From assembly GCA_944386545.1 (NCBI GenBank), contig CALXBK010000003.1:41436-105435 (forward strand): a DNA stretch of 64,000 nt. Direction: 5' to 3'. Made by a program: the position numbers and the translations under genes. Positions 1 through 9,942 of the stretch are shown here, piece after piece. This stretch comes from an uncultured Ruminiclostridium sp. (GTDB lineage Bacteria; Bacillota; Clostridia; Oscillospirales; Ruminococcaceae). How positions within the stretch are numbered: the first letter of the stretch is position 1; every line of letters starts with the position of its first letter. The notes below the pieces were generated by a model. The model did no database searches and was not told the DNA's origin. It saw only the letters and a program-made list of their open reading frames with translations.

Positions 1-287
1 TTGCGCTTGTGTTCCAGCTTGTGGATTTCCGCCATCCTCCTACTGCGGACGATATAATGATGATAAACTACCTTATCGACAACGAAGTGCCGTTTGCGGT
101 TGTGCTGACAAAGGCTGACAAGCTCACGAAAAATCAGCGCAGAGAGCGCAGAGAAAAGCTGATGACGGAGCTTCCTTGCGCCGAGGATATTCACATCATT
201 GAAGCCTCCGCCGAAAAGGGCGACGGCATTGACGAGATAAGGGCAATTATCGAGGAAATAGCCGCAGAAAACGGTGAAACGCAATGA
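1..287 (+). CDS. engB: Ribosome-biogenesis GTPase EngB/YsxC, C-terminal part (5' end lies outside the window)
   Basis: The frame is open from the window edge. The translation contains the G4 motif region VVLTKADKL and an EngB-like tail. The 'M' at position 9 in the track is an internal GTG (Val). Confidence 0.8.
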   Translation, partial: ALVFQLVDFRHPPTADDIMMINYLIDNEVPFAVVLTKADKLTKNQRRERREKLMTELPCAEDIHIIEASAEKGDGIDEIRAIIEEIAAENGETQ

Positions 288-1306
288 CGGATATATACTC
301 ACTCACGCCGGCAGCGGCTGAGGAATACTTTGCACGGCATGGCTTCAGCGCCAAAGCCGTGCGGAATATTTTTACCGATCTTTACAGAAACGGCGCGGAG
401 CATTTTTCCGCATTTTCCGCTACCTGTGCAAGGCTTCGGGAGACGCTTGAGGAGGAATTTTACTTTGAGAGTATCACCCTTGCGGATATTCTGCAAAACG
501 AGAATACGGTAAAATATCTGTTTAAGCTTTCGGACGGCTGTTTTATCGAAACGGTGCTGATGAAGCAGAAATACGGCGGGAGCGTGTGCATATCAACTCA
601 ATGCGGCTGTAACATGGGCTGTGCGTTCTGCTCCAGCGGAAGGCTCAGAAAACAGCGCAATTTAACGGCGGGCGAGATGGTTTTACAGGTGCTGTACGCC
701 ATGCGGCACGGCGGGGTTAAGATTACCAACATTACCGTAATGGGCATAGGCGAGCCGCTTGACAATTTTGACAATCTCTGCGGCTTTCTGGATATAGCTT
801 CTCACCCCTTCGGGCTTGAAATCGGCTCAAAGCATATAACGGTGTCCACCTGCGGAATAGTGCCGAAAATACCGCTTCTTGCAAAAAGGGAAAATCCCTG
901 TCACCTTGCAATAAGCCTGCACGCCCCCGACGACGAGCTGAGAAACCGCCTTATGCCGATAAACCGCAGCTATTCCCTCAGCGAGGTAATAAAAGCCGCA
1001 GGGCAATATGCCGATACAGCCGCGCGCAAGGTGCTGGTTGAATATATAATGCTGGACGGTATAAACGACAGCAGGGAGCAGGCAGGACAGCTTGCAGGGC
1101 TTATAGGAAATTCAAGGCTGATGGTAAATCTCATTCCGTACAACTCCTCCCCCGACGGAGAGTTTAAGCGTAGCGGCGAAAGAGCAGTCGCAGAATTTTA
1201 CGACGAGCTTAAAAAGCGGGGTATCAGCGTTACCAAAAGAAAGGAATTTGGCGGCAGGCTCAACGCCGCCTGCGGACAGCTCAGAAGCGACGCAATGAGG
1301 AAATGA
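284..1306 (+). CDS. rlmN: 23S rRNA/tRNA m2A methyltransferase RlmN (radical SAM, RlmN/Cfr family)
   Basis: Carries the radical-SAM cluster motif CGCNMGCAFCSSG and the GIGEPL and LHAP motifs, at the right length (340 aa). Its ATG overlaps the engB stop (ATGA). Confidence 0.9.
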   Translation: MTDIYSLTPAAAEEYFARHGFSAKAVRNIFTDLYRNGAEHFSAFSATCARLRETLEEEFYFESITLADILQNENTVKYLFKLSDGCFIETVLMKQKYGGSVCISTQCGCNMGCAFCSSGRLRKQRNLTAGEMVLQVLYAMRHGGVKITNITVMGIGEPLDNFDNLCGFLDIASHPFGLEIGSKHITVSTCGIVPKIPLLAKRENPCHLAISLHAPDDELRNRLMPINRSYSLSEVIKAAGQYADTAARKVLVEYIMLDGINDSREQAGQLAGLIGNSRLMVNLIPYNSSPDGEFKRSGERAVAEFYDELKKRGISVTKRKEFGGRLNAACGQLRSDAMRK

Positions 1307-1309
1307 AAT

Positions 1310-2422
1310 ATGAAATTTTACTGTGAACTTAAAAAGATGGTTGACAATTCATACGATATTGAAACGGGACACGGCTTATGCGATGTACTGATAAAGGATT
1401 TGCAGGAAGGTCTTGCAGGCAGGGTAAAGCAATTTGCCGTTGTTACCGATGACAACGTGGAAAAGCTGTATGCCGAGCCTATTCTTGACAAGTTGTTTGC
1501 TGCGGGCTTTTCCGCTGATATGTTTGTAATCCCGGCGGGAGAAAAGTCCAAAACAAGAAAGATGAAGGAGTTTTTAGAGGACTCCATGCTTGAAAAGGGT
1601 TACAGGCGGGACTGCTGTGTAATTGCAGTGGGCGGCGGCGTTGTAAGCGACCTTGCCGGCTTTACCGCAGGCACTTTCGGCAGGGGCGTACCGTTTATAA
1701 ATTACGCCACCACCTTGCTTGCGGCGGCTGACGCTTCTGTGGGCGGAAAGACTGCGGTTGACACTCCGCTTGCAACCAATCTTATAGGTATGTTCAATCA
1801 GCCGAAAAAGGTGTACATCGACATTGACGCCTGGAAAACGCTCCCCGAAAATCAGATTTCAAGCGGTCTTGCCGAAACGATAAAGCACGCCTGTCTTGCC
1901 GATGAGGAGCTGTTTTGCTATCTTGAGGAGAATATCGAAAGGGTGTTTTCCTTTGACCGCGAGGTATGCGAATACATCGCACAGAAAAACTGTACGATAA
2001 AATACAGAGTGGTTATGAGCGACGAGCGTGAAAGCGGTCTGCGCGAGGTGCTGAACTTAGGGCACACCGTCGGCAGAGCCATTGAAACGGTGAGCGATTA
2101 CAGACTGCTTCACGGCGAGGCGGTAAGCATAGGACTTATAGCGCAGTGTTTGCTCGGCAACCGTCACGGCTTTATCTCAAAGGAGAATACAAGGCGTGTA
2201 GCTGACCTTTGCCGCCGCGCAAGGCTCCCTGTTGAAATTCCCGATTATATCAGCAGAACAAAGCTCGTCAGAAAACTGTACACCGACAAAAAGGTGCGTG
2301 ACGGCAAGCTGAGATTTGTTTTCCAGAAGGAAATCGGAGAGATGATGTGCTTCGGTGAAAATCAGTACGGTCTGAATATCTCGGAAGATGAAATTGCCGA
2401 TGTGCTGTCAAAATGGGAATAA
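1310..2422 (+). CDS. aroB: 3-dehydroquinate synthase family protein (AroB-like sugar-phosphate cyclase)
   Basis: Motifs GGGVVSDLAGF, DASVGGKTAVD, NLGHTVGRAIE and HGEAVSIGL are typical of DHQS. No other aro genes are adjacent, so the exact substrate is not certain. Confidence 0.7.
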   Translation: MKFYCELKKMVDNSYDIETGHGLCDVLIKDLQEGLAGRVKQFAVVTDDNVEKLYAEPILDKLFAAGFSADMFVIPAGEKSKTRKMKEFLEDSMLEKGYRRDCCVIAVGGGVVSDLAGFTAGTFGRGVPFINYATTLLAAADASVGGKTAVDTPLATNLIGMFNQPKKVYIDIDAWKTLPENQISSGLAETIKHACLADEELFCYLEENIERVFSFDREVCEYIAQKNCTIKYRVVMSDERESGLREVLNLGHTVGRAIETVSDYRLLHGEAVSIGLIAQCLLGNRHGFISKENTRRVADLCRRARLPVEIPDYISRTKLVRKLYTDKKVRDGKLRFVFQKEIGEMMCFGENQYGLNISEDEIADVLSKWE

Positions 2423-2519
2423 ATAAAACCTTATGAATAAGCCAAAACGCCCCGATTTCAGGGCGTTTGAGACTTTAGACAAAATCCTCTTCGGAGGGCT
2501 TTGTTCATCCGAAGCAGCT

Positions 2520-2700
2520 TTGTACTGTGGCAACAAGGAACTATATAAAAAAAGGAAACCATCCGGCGACTTTTCGGAACAGCGAAGAGCATCATGGTTT
2601 CAGATATACACAATTGATAGGCAAGGCCAATGTGAAAATGAAAATCTCGTTTACTTTTGCGTGCCTAAATCTCGAAAAACTCGACCAAGGGGATAGAAAT
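2520..2700 (+). pseudogene. C-terminal remnant of an IS1182/IS5-type DDE transposase, frameshifted
   Basis: Frame 1 reads ..ELYKKRKP.. and then frame 2 reads ..EEHHGFRYTQLIGKANVKMKISFTFACLNLEKL. This resembles the conserved C-terminus of IS1182-family transposases as I recall it (..KRK..VE..F...KE.HG.RYT.YRGL.KV......L.FA.MNLKKLA). There is no N-terminal or catalytic part. Confidence 0.6.
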
Positions 2701-2770
2701 TCCACTACTCTAAAGGATTTTTTTCTGACTTTCACACATTCTTCAAAAATTTGAACTTAACAACGAGAAA

Positions 2771-2806
2771 AGCAGGTTGTTTCACTTGATACAACCTGCT
2801 TTGTCT
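2771..2806 (+). terminator. Rho-independent-like hairpin
   Basis: AGCAGGTTGT-ttcacttgat-ACAACCTGCT is a perfect 10-bp stem followed by TTTGTCT. Confidence 0.55.
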
Positions 2807-2815
2807 ACACTCTGA

Positions 2816-2843
2816 ACAGGGTATCCTATGGCGGATACCCTGT
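2816..2843. repeat. Palindromic element, copy A (ACAGGGTATCC-tatggc-GGATACCCTGT)
   Basis: It has an 11-bp perfect stem. The same 28-31 nt sequence occurs in inverted orientation at 9371-9398. Confidence 0.85.
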
Positions 2844-2850
2844 CTTTATC

Positions 2851-4524
2851 TTATCTGATTAATGAATTTCTGCCGGACTTGATTTCGTTAAGCTCTTTTA
2901 TTTCTCTTTTTACCGTTGGGGAAATCCGGGTGATTATCTCCATGTCGGGGCGTGCGGTATAATAGCCCTGAATGTAATCCACGCCCTTGAGAATTGCCAC
3001 CTTCATTTCCTCGTAGGTTTCAACGCCCTCGGCAAGGATTTTTATGTTGTTGAGCTTTGCAAATTCTATTATGCTGGTGAGGAAGTGCTGTTTCTTCATG
3101 TCGCTGTCGATTTTCTTGATAAGGCTTCTGTCTATCTTGATAATCTCAGGAGCAAGACTCAGCACCGCCGCAGTGTTGGAATATCCGCTTCCGTAGTCGT
3201 CTATCGCCACCTTACAGCCCTGCTCGCAGAAAAGTCCTCTCATAAGAGCAATTCGCTTGCCCGTAAGGTCTGACTGCTCGGTAAACTCAACCACAAGCTG
3301 AGAGATAAGCTCCTCGTACTTTTCGCAAAGCCGGCTAAAATCCCTTTCGCTTATGATGTGGTCGGGTATGGAATTTATAAATATCCTCTTACCGTCAAAC
3401 TGCCGCTGATTTTCCTTTACTATCCTCAGCACGTTTTCAAAGGTCAGCATTTCTATATCGTACAGCTTGCCCTGCTGTCTTGCGATGTCCAGAATTTCAA
3501 GCGGAGCACAGCCCTTGGGACGCATAAGCGCCTCATATGCGTATATGTTGCCCGTATCAACGGAAATAATGGGCTGGAAGCAGTAATCGAAATCGTTGCC
3601 GTTGATGAGGTGGGACAGCAGCTTTGAATTGTCGTATCTGCTGTTTTCCGCAACGAACGCCTTTTCGGAAAACTCCATGTCGATATTTCCCGATGATATT
3701 GCACTGAAAAGAGCGAAGTCGGCATAGTTTATCATCATGTCTATCGACTGTGCCTGCGTGGGATACCAGCAATAGCCCGATGTCAGCGAGAAGGAATCGC
3801 TTCTTGTCTGTATAATGTCACCGAACTCATCGGTAAGACGGCTATTTTTCACCGATTTGTACATAGCCTTGAGAGTTTCGGTAACTTCCTTTTTGGACAT
3901 CTGCTTAAAGAATACAAAAAAGTCCTTGTAGCTCTTTACGCCGATGATAATATTATCTCCTGCAAACCGCTTTATTGCGTTTGCCGCAGTTGCTATACAA
4001 AGGTTTGTCTTGCTGTAATTCAGCTCGCTGTCCATTCTTTCAAGGCCGTTGATGTGGATAGCCGCCATACAGCACCGCGCATTTGAGCCAAGCCTGTTCA
4101 GCTCCGCACGCACACACTTTATAAAATGATTTCTTGTGTTTATGCCGGTAAGCGGGTCTAACTCCGAGGGTGTGCTTTTGTTGATAGCGTCTTCGATAAT
4201 ATGCGTGACATTCTGAACAAAGCCGAGCAGGCAGTCAACGTCGTACTCTACCTTTATGCTTATGTACTCAATTTTTCCCTCGTGAAGCCTTTTGAAAACA
4301 TTCCTCTGTCCGTCAACGGGGTGCTCATTCAGAATGTCCAGCAATGAAAAGAACTGCTCCTTGGTAACTCCCTGCGGGGGTATATGAAGAATAGCGGCAG
4401 TATTTTTATCGTAATACGCCTCGGAGGAATTGTGAGGGAGCTTAAACGCACCTATGCCGGGAAAGTTTTTGAGAAAGATATTCCAGCTGTGAGTGATGTT
4501 GCCCTGTTCATCAAATAATCCCAT
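2851..4524 (-). CDS. c-di-GMP phosphodiesterase: EAL domain with an N-terminal degenerate GGDEF-like domain
   Basis: EAL-domain signatures are present (YEALMRP, DDYGSGYSN, KIDRSLI, LAEGVET). No GGDEF/GGEEF motif is visible in the N-terminal half. I set the start at MGLFDEQ (4524) because the upstream 'MYEKGGT' codons are themselves the SD (AAGGAGGG). Confidence 0.85.
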   Translation of the reverse strand: MGLFDEQGNITHSWNIFLKNFPGIGAFKLPHNSSEAYYDKNTAAILHIPPQGVTKEQFFSLLDILNEHPVDGQRNVFKRLHEGKIEYISIKVEYDVDCLLGFVQNVTHIIEDAINKSTPSELDPLTGINTRNHFIKCVRAELNRLGSNARCCMAAIHINGLERMDSELNYSKTNLCIATAANAIKRFAGDNIIIGVKSYKDFFVFFKQMSKKEVTETLKAMYKSVKNSRLTDEFGDIIQTRSDSFSLTSGYCWYPTQAQSIDMMINYADFALFSAISSGNIDMEFSEKAFVAENSRYDNSKLLSHLINGNDFDYCFQPIISVDTGNIYAYEALMRPKGCAPLEILDIARQQGKLYDIEMLTFENVLRIVKENQRQFDGKRIFINSIPDHIISERDFSRLCEKYEELISQLVVEFTEQSDLTGKRIALMRGLFCEQGCKVAIDDYGSGYSNTAAVLSLAPEIIKIDRSLIKKIDSDMKKQHFLTSIIEFAKLNNIKILAEGVETYEEMKVAILKGVDYIQGYYTARPDMEIITRISPTVKREIKELNEIKSGRNSLIR

Positions 4525-4629
4525 AGTCCCTCCTTTTTCATACACTATTATCTGTTCTAATTATACAGGTTTTGCACCGCCCTGTCAATCACATTTTCAG
4601 CAAAAATGGATACAGTACATTTTTCAGGA

Positions 4630-4667
4630 TAATAAAAAGGCTGTTCCGCTCTCAAACGAAACAGCCT
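4630..4667 (-). terminator. serA terminator
   Basis: On the minus strand AGGCTGTT-14 nt-AACAGCCT is followed by TTTTTATT. Confidence 0.6.
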
Positions 4668-4686
4668 GTGAATATTATCTTATAAA

Positions 4687-5853
4687 TCAGTGAGTAATAA
4701 CTCTAACAGAGATAACGCCGTCAACATCCTTTATCTTCTGAGCAACGCCGTCATAAGAGCCTTTAACGTCAAGCACGGTGTAAGCGTAATCCTTCTTGGA
4801 CCTACTCTCCATGTTGTCGATATTAAGACCTACCTCGGTAACGCAGGCGGTTGCCTTGGTGATAAAGCCCTCAATGTTCTTGTGGATAATGCATATCTTT
4901 GCGTCACCTGTGAGAGGCATTGAAACGTTGGGGAGGTTTACGCTGTTGAGGATATTGCCGTTTTCGATGTAGTCAATAACCTCATTAGCCGCCATAACCG
5001 CACAGTTGTCCTCGCTTTCGGGAGTAGAAGCGCCTAAGTGAGGCAGAGCCACAACGCCCTCTACACCGATAACCGTATCGCTGGGGAAGTCGGTTACATA
5101 AGCCGCCATGCCGCCGTTTGCAAGGGCGTCAACAACAGCCTGCTCATCTACAAGACCGCCTCTTGCGAAGTTTAAGATACGTACATTCTTCTTCATTGTA
5201 GCGATTGTCTGTGCGTTTATCATGTTTTTGGTTTCGGGTGTGAAGGGAACATGAATTGTGATATAATCGCAGGTTTCAAAGATTTCCTTGTTGCTCTTTA
5301 CATACTTAACCTTTTCCGAAAGGTGAAGCGCGCCCTGTACCGAAAGGAACGGATCTGCGCCGATAACCTCCATACCGAGCTCAGCGGCGGCGTTTGCAAC
5401 CAGAGCGCCGATAGCGCCCAGACCGATAACGCCCAGCTTCTTGCCGGCTATTTCCGGACCTACAAACTGGCTCTTGCCCTTTTCAACGAGCTTTCCTACC
5501 TCATCGCCCTTGCCCTTCAAGGTCTTTGCCCAGTCAATGGACTGTGTAACCTTACGGCTGGAAATGAGCATACCGAGAATTACAAGCTCCTTAACGGCGT
5601 TTGCGTTTGCGCCGGGAGTGTTGAATACCACGATACCCTGCTCGCTGCACTTGTCAACGGGAATGTTGTTTACGCCTGCGCCTGCACGTGCGATTGCAAG
5701 CAGGTCACTGCCTAATTCCATCTCGTGCATGGAAGCGGAACGAACGAGAATTGCGTCGGGATTTTCAATTTCATCGCCTACCGTGTACTTGCTTCTGTCG
5801 AATAAATCAGTACCGCAGGCGGCAATTTTATTTAAAGTTTTAATATTGTACAT
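4687..5853 (-). CDS. serA: D-3-phosphoglycerate dehydrogenase with C-terminal ACT domain
   Basis: Shows the 2-hydroxyacid dehydrogenase fold with NAD motif GVIGLGAIG and catalytic-region HLGAST. An ACT-like tail is present, and AAGGAG lies upstream of the ATG. Confidence 0.9.
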   Translation of the reverse strand: MYNIKTLNKIAACGTDLFDRSKYTVGDEIENPDAILVRSASMHEMELGSDLLAIARAGAGVNNIPVDKCSEQGIVVFNTPGANANAVKELVILGMLISSRKVTQSIDWAKTLKGKGDEVGKLVEKGKSQFVGPEIAGKKLGVIGLGAIGALVANAAAELGMEVIGADPFLSVQGALHLSEKVKYVKSNKEIFETCDYITIHVPFTPETKNMINAQTIATMKKNVRILNFARGGLVDEQAVVDALANGGMAAYVTDFPSDTVIGVEGVVALPHLGASTPESEDNCAVMAANEVIDYIENGNILNSVNLPNVSMPLTGDAKICIIHKNIEGFITKATACVTEVGLNIDNMESRSKKDYAYTVLDVKGSYDGVAQKIKDVDGVISVRVITH

Positions 5854-5909
5854 AGGTCTTATCTCCTTAGTGCCGGAGCCGCTTTGCGCACCGGCTTTAT
5901 ATCAGAATT

Positions 5910-6989
5910 TTATGCGTTTTCAGCCTCGAACTTCTTCATGAACTCAACGAGCTTTTCAACGCCCTCGATAGGCATTGCGTTGTAGATGGAAGCTCTCATG
6001 CCGCCGACGGTTCTGTGTCCCTTGAGGTTTTCAAAGCCTGCCGCCTTTGCTTCCTTTACAAACTTAGCGTCAAGCTCCTCGTTGCCGGTAACAAAGGGTA
6101 CGTTCATGAGAGAACGGTCCTTCTTTTCAACCGTGCCCTTGAACAGCTTTGACTGATCAAGGAAGTCGTAAAGAATTTTTGCCTTCTTCTCGTTGTGAAT
6201 TTTCATAGCCTCAAGACCGCCCATCTTCTTTATCCACTTGAATACCTTGCCGCAGATGTAAATGCCGTAGCAGGGAGGAGTGTTGTAAAGAGAATCGTTG
6301 TCAGCCTGCGTCTTCCACTTGAGCATTGTGGGAGTGCCGGGGAGAACATCGTCACGGATAAGGTCCTCACGGATAATTGCGATAACAACGCCCGCAGGTC
6401 CTACATTCTTCTGAACTCCGCCGTAGATAACGCCGTACTTGGTTACGTCAACGGGTTCGGACAGGAAACAGGAGGAAACGTCCGCTACAAGCTCCTTGCC
6501 CTTGGTGTTGGGAAGCTCCCAAAATTTTGTGCCGTAGATTGTATTGTTTTCGCAGATGTAAACATAGTCTGCGTCGTCGGGAATATCAAGATCCGAGCAG
6601 TCGGGGATATAGGAGAAGGTCTTGTCTGCGGAGGAAGCGACAGCTACTGCGTCACCGTAAATTTTAGCCTCTTGGTATGCCTTCTTTGCCCACTGGCCTG
6701 TGATTATGTAAGCCGCCTTCCTGTTCTTCATGAGGTTCATGGGAACTGCCGCAAACTGCTGAGAAGCGCCGCCCTGAAGGAAAAGCACCTTGTAGTTGTC
6801 GGGAATGTTCATAAGGTCGCGGAGATCCTGTTCAGCTTCCTTTATTATAGTATCGTATGCCTTTGAACGGTGGGACATCTCCATTACGGACATTCCTGTT
6901 CCCTTGTAATCAAGCATTTCGTCTGCCGCTTCTTTAAGCACTTCTTCGGGAAGCACTGCGGGACCTGCGCTGAAGTTGTAAACTCTCAT
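5910..6989 (-). CDS. serC: Phosphoserine aminotransferase
   Basis: Starts MRVYNFSAGPAVLP (classic SerC N-terminus), is 359 aa long, and lies directly upstream of serA. Confidence 0.93.
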   Translation of the reverse strand: MRVYNFSAGPAVLPEEVLKEAADEMLDYKGTGMSVMEMSHRSKAYDTIIKEAEQDLRDLMNIPDNYKVLFLQGGASQQFAAVPMNLMKNRKAAYIITGQWAKKAYQEAKIYGDAVAVASSADKTFSYIPDCSDLDIPDDADYVYICENNTIYGTKFWELPNTKGKELVADVSSCFLSEPVDVTKYGVIYGGVQKNVGPAGVVIAIIREDLIRDDVLPGTPTMLKWKTQADNDSLYNTPPCYGIYICGKVFKWIKKMGGLEAMKIHNEKKAKILYDFLDQSKLFKGTVEKKDRSLMNVPFVTGNEELDAKFVKEAKAAGFENLKGHRTVGGMRASIYNAMPIEGVEKLVEFMKKFEAENA

Positions 6990-7055
6990 TTCAAAAAGCC
7001 TCCATGTATTATTGTGTTATACGGTTTTGCGGCGTTAATCGCCTGCATACTCTTT

Positions 7056-7084
7056 ATTATACTATTATTTTGCTTTATTGTCAA
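7056..7084 (-). promoter_or_regulatory. Sigma-A promoter for serC-serA
   Basis: On the minus strand TTGACA-17 nt-TATAAT matches the consensus perfectly. Confidence 0.65.
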
Positions 7085-7248
7085 TCATTTTTCATACCTG
7101 AAAGAATGATCCATGGAAAAATTTATGCATACCGCAGTAAAAGTGGGTATAATTTCCGGTAAGACCATATCGACAAATAATAGAATGTACGATTTTTGCT
7201 AAATTTCACATAAAATTTTGGCATTTTCAATAAAAAATCACCTAATTA

Positions 7249-7277
7249 TTGAAATTACCGTGATAAGGTGATATAAT
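7249..7277 (+). promoter_or_regulatory. Sigma-A promoter for the chemoreceptor gene
   Basis: TTGAAA-17 nt-TATAAT sits about 45 nt upstream of the ATG at 7325. Confidence 0.6.
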
Positions 7278-7324
7278 AGACATGATAAAACCCGTACGGC
7301 GGGAACGGAAATGAGGAAAAATGC

Positions 7325-9322
7325 ATGAAATCAAAAACAAAACAGAAAACCATAGCCGGACGAATAATAAGGGCAATGACTTCGGTTACGATAGGCGCAC
7401 TTGCAATTGCAACCGTAACTGCTGTTGCGGCTATATATATCTCCGCAACAAGGCTGACTGAGCAGTCGTTTAATGAGACTGCCGAGCTTGCTGCGGCAAG
7501 AGTACAGTGGGAGCTTCAGTCCATGCTCAATATCTCCATTGAAATGGGCGCAGATTCCCAGATGTCCTCCATCGGCTTCAGCAAAGAGCAGCGTCAGGCA
7601 AGAGTGGATGAGGCGGTCAAGATCTTCGGACTTGACAGAGGTACGATTATTGCCGCTGACGGTACAGCGACAAACGGCAACAGCTATTCCGACAGAGAGT
7701 ATTTCCAGAGAGCGCTCAAGGGCCAAACAACCATTACAGAGCCGCTGATCGGAAAGACAACGGGTGAGCTCAGCACCATCATTGCCGCCCCTTTGTGGAA
7801 AAACGGCGAGATTGGCGGCACGGTTGACGGCTGTGTATACATAGTCCCCGACACCGAGTTTATGAACGACATTGTGCGTGACATTAATGTCAGCGCAAAC
7901 GGCAACGCTTATATCGTCGGCAAATCCGGCAAGATTATAGCTCATCCCGACACCCAGTCCGCAAAGAATCAGATCAATGTACAGGAGCTTGCCGAAAAGG
8001 ATCCTACTTATGCCTCTCTTGCAGAGCAGCATGCAAAAATGGTCGACGGCAACAGCGGCTTCGGTACTTTCTCAAACGCCGGAATTGATTATTTCATAGG
8101 CTACGCTCCCATTGAAGGAACAGACGGCTGGACAGTTGTAATAACTGCTCCGAAGGATGATTTCACCGGTACGGCGAACGATTCGTTTCTTGTGCTTTGC
8201 ATAATTTCGATTGCCGCGGCTATCCTTGCAGTTATTACCGCGACGCTCATCGGCAAGAGAATAGGCGCTCCCATAAAGCTTTGCGCACAGCGCATTGAAA
8301 AGCTCGCAGAGGGCGACCTCACAAGCGAAGTGCCTGTTATCAATACAAAGGATGAAACCAAAATTCTTGCCCGCTCAACCCAGGTTGTAGTTGAAGAGCA
8401 GAAGAAGATGATCAACGATATCGGTTACATTCTGAGCAGTATGGCAGAGGGCAACTTTGCAGTTGACAGCGCCGATGCCAAGAACCTTTACAAAGGCGAC
8501 TACAAGGTGCTTATTGACGCCGTTATAGACATCAACCGCAAGCTAAATGACACCCTCACTCAGATTAATATTGCAGGCGAGCAGGTTTCAAGCGGTTCCG
8601 AACAGGTATCCGCAGGCGCTCAGTCGCTTGCACAGGGCGCAACAGAGCAGGCGGCTTCCGTTGAAGAGCTTGCAGGCGCAATTCACAATATTTCCGACCG
8701 CATCGAAGCTACCGCAAACGAGTGCAGAAACGGTAACGAGCTTGTAAACGAAACCTCCGAGTACTTTGAAGCGGCAAACGAAAAGATGCGCAGCCTGACA
8801 AAGGCAATGCAGGAGATAAACGACGCCTCTACCGAGATAGGCAAGATTATTCAGACTATCGAGGATATTGCCTTCCAGACCAACATTCTTGCGCTTAACG
8901 CCGCAGTAGAGGCGGCAAGAGTAGGCGAAGCGGGCAAGGGCTTTGCAGTTGTAGCAGACGAGGTGCGTAACCTTGCCGGCAAGTCCGCAGAGGCGGCGCA
9001 TGACACTACCGTGCTTATCGAAAGAGCAGTACAGGCGGTTGAAAACGGCAGCAACATAACCCTCGAAACCGCCGACGCAGTAAATCAGGTTGAGGCAAGA
9101 CTTGACGGCGTAAGCAATGTTGTAAAGAAGATTGCCGCCGCAAGCAACGAGCAGGCAGATATGGTAAAGCAGGTAAATACCGGAGTAGAGCAGATTTCCA
9201 ACGTAGTGCAGACAAACTCCGCTACCGCAGAAGAAAGCGCGGCGGCGTCCGAGGAGCTTTCCGCACAGGCGCTTATGCTCCAGAAGCTCGTCGGAAGCTT
9301 TACCTTCAGAGAGGGAGAATAA
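7325..9322 (+). CDS. Methyl-accepting chemotaxis protein (dCache-type sensor, HAMP, MCP signalling domain)
   Basis: It has an N-terminal TM, a periplasmic Cache-like region, a second TM and a HAMP region. The highly conserved MCP hairpin tip is present ([37 protein letters not shown]). Confidence 0.93.
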   Translation: MKSKTKQKTIAGRIIRAMTSVTIGALAIATVTAVAAIYISATRLTEQSFNETAELAAARVQWELQSMLNISIEMGADSQMSSIGFSKEQRQARVDEAVKIFGLDRGTIIAADGTATNGNSYSDREYFQRALKGQTTITEPLIGKTTGELSTIIAAPLWKNGEIGGTVDGCVYIVPDTEFMNDIVRDINVSANGNAYIVGKSGKIIAHPDTQSAKNQINVQELAEKDPTYASLAEQHAKMVDGNSGFGTFSNAGIDYFIGYAPIEGTDGWTVVITAPKDDFTGTANDSFLVLCIISIAAAILAVITATLIGKRIGAPIKLCAQRIEKLAEGDLTSEVPVINTKDETKILARSTQVVVEEQKKMINDIGYILSSMAEGNFAVDSADAKNLYKGDYKVLIDAVIDINRKLNDTLTQINIAGEQVSSGSEQVSAGAQSLAQGATEQAASVEELAGAIHNISDRIEATANECRNGNELVNETSEYFEAANEKMRSLTKAMQEINDASTEIGKIIQTIEDIAFQTNILALNAAVEAARVGEAGKGFAVVADEVRNLAGKSAEAAHDTTVLIERAVQAVENGSNITLETADAVNQVEARLDGVSNVVKKIAAASNEQADMVKQVNTGVEQISNVVQTNSATAEESAAASEELSAQALMLQKLVGSFTFREGE

Positions 9323-9334
9323 TCTCAAAATCAC

Positions 9335-9361
9335 AAAGCCGCACAGAAATGTGCGGCTTTC
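9335..9361 (+). terminator. MCP terminator
   Basis: AAAGCCGCACA-gaaa-TGTGCGGCTTT is an 11-bp stem with a GNRA loop. Confidence 0.7.
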
Positions 9362-9370
9362 AGATTGTAG

Positions 9371-9398
9371 ACAGGGTATCCGCCATAGGATACCCTGT
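9371..9398. repeat. Palindromic element, copy B (ACAGGGTATCC-gccata-GGATACCCTGT)
   Basis: It is the reverse complement of copy A, including the loop. The shared core AGACAGGGTATCCGCCATAGGATACCCTGTT is 31 nt. Confidence 0.85.
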
Positions 9399-9405
9399 TT
9401 TACGG

Positions 9406-9939
9406 TTATGATTTTTTCTTTTTAAAGATAAACAGCTTGCTGAAAATGTAATTCAGCACAAGCACGACAATGTTTGAAAAGACCTTGGCGCAAAATTCGT
9501 AAAAGCCGTTTTGTATATTCGGCAGATTTACAAGCAGATACATAAGAATTATATCTACAAACAACGTAAAAAGCCTTGCAGCATAGAAGGAAACGCCCTC
9601 AAGCGCAATTTTGCAAAAGCCCCTTGCCCTGCTTTTAAACACAAACAGTCGGTTTGTGACAAAAGCGAAGGTGACGGAGATAATCCACGAGATGACATTC
9701 GGCAGTACGGTGGAGGAATCTCCTTCTCCGAAGGTAAGGCGGTACATCCATTTTAAAAAATCGGGCGCGGCGTTTTCGTCGGGGAAAGCAAGCCTTGCGA
9801 CAAAATAGGTGACTATTGAAACGAGAGTAGTAAGCGCACCGAAAATAACATACAGGATAATTTCACGGTACTGCTTGAAAAGCTCGCCCCATTTTGACGG
9901 GTGCAAGCAAAGCGAAAGCAGTTCTTTTATTTTTGACAT
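9406..9939 (-). CDS. GtrA-family membrane protein
   Basis: Four predicted TM segments and the GtrA-like motif FVTNRLFVFKS. Confidence 0.7.
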   Translation of the reverse strand: MSKIKELLSLCLHPSKWGELFKQYREIILYVIFGALTTLVSIVTYFVARLAFPDENAAPDFLKWMYRLTFGEGDSSTVLPNVISWIISVTFAFVTNRLFVFKSRARGFCKIALEGVSFYAARLFTLFVDIILMYLLVNLPNIQNGFYEFCAKVFSNIVVLVLNYIFSKLFIFKKKKS

Positions 9940-9942
9940 GGT

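Noticed and set aside
2433-2754. Two overlapping small ORFs (87 and 75 aa) as genuine genes
   Set aside because: Read together they form the frameshifted C-terminal end of an IS1182-type transposase, so they are better described as a pseudogene fragment.
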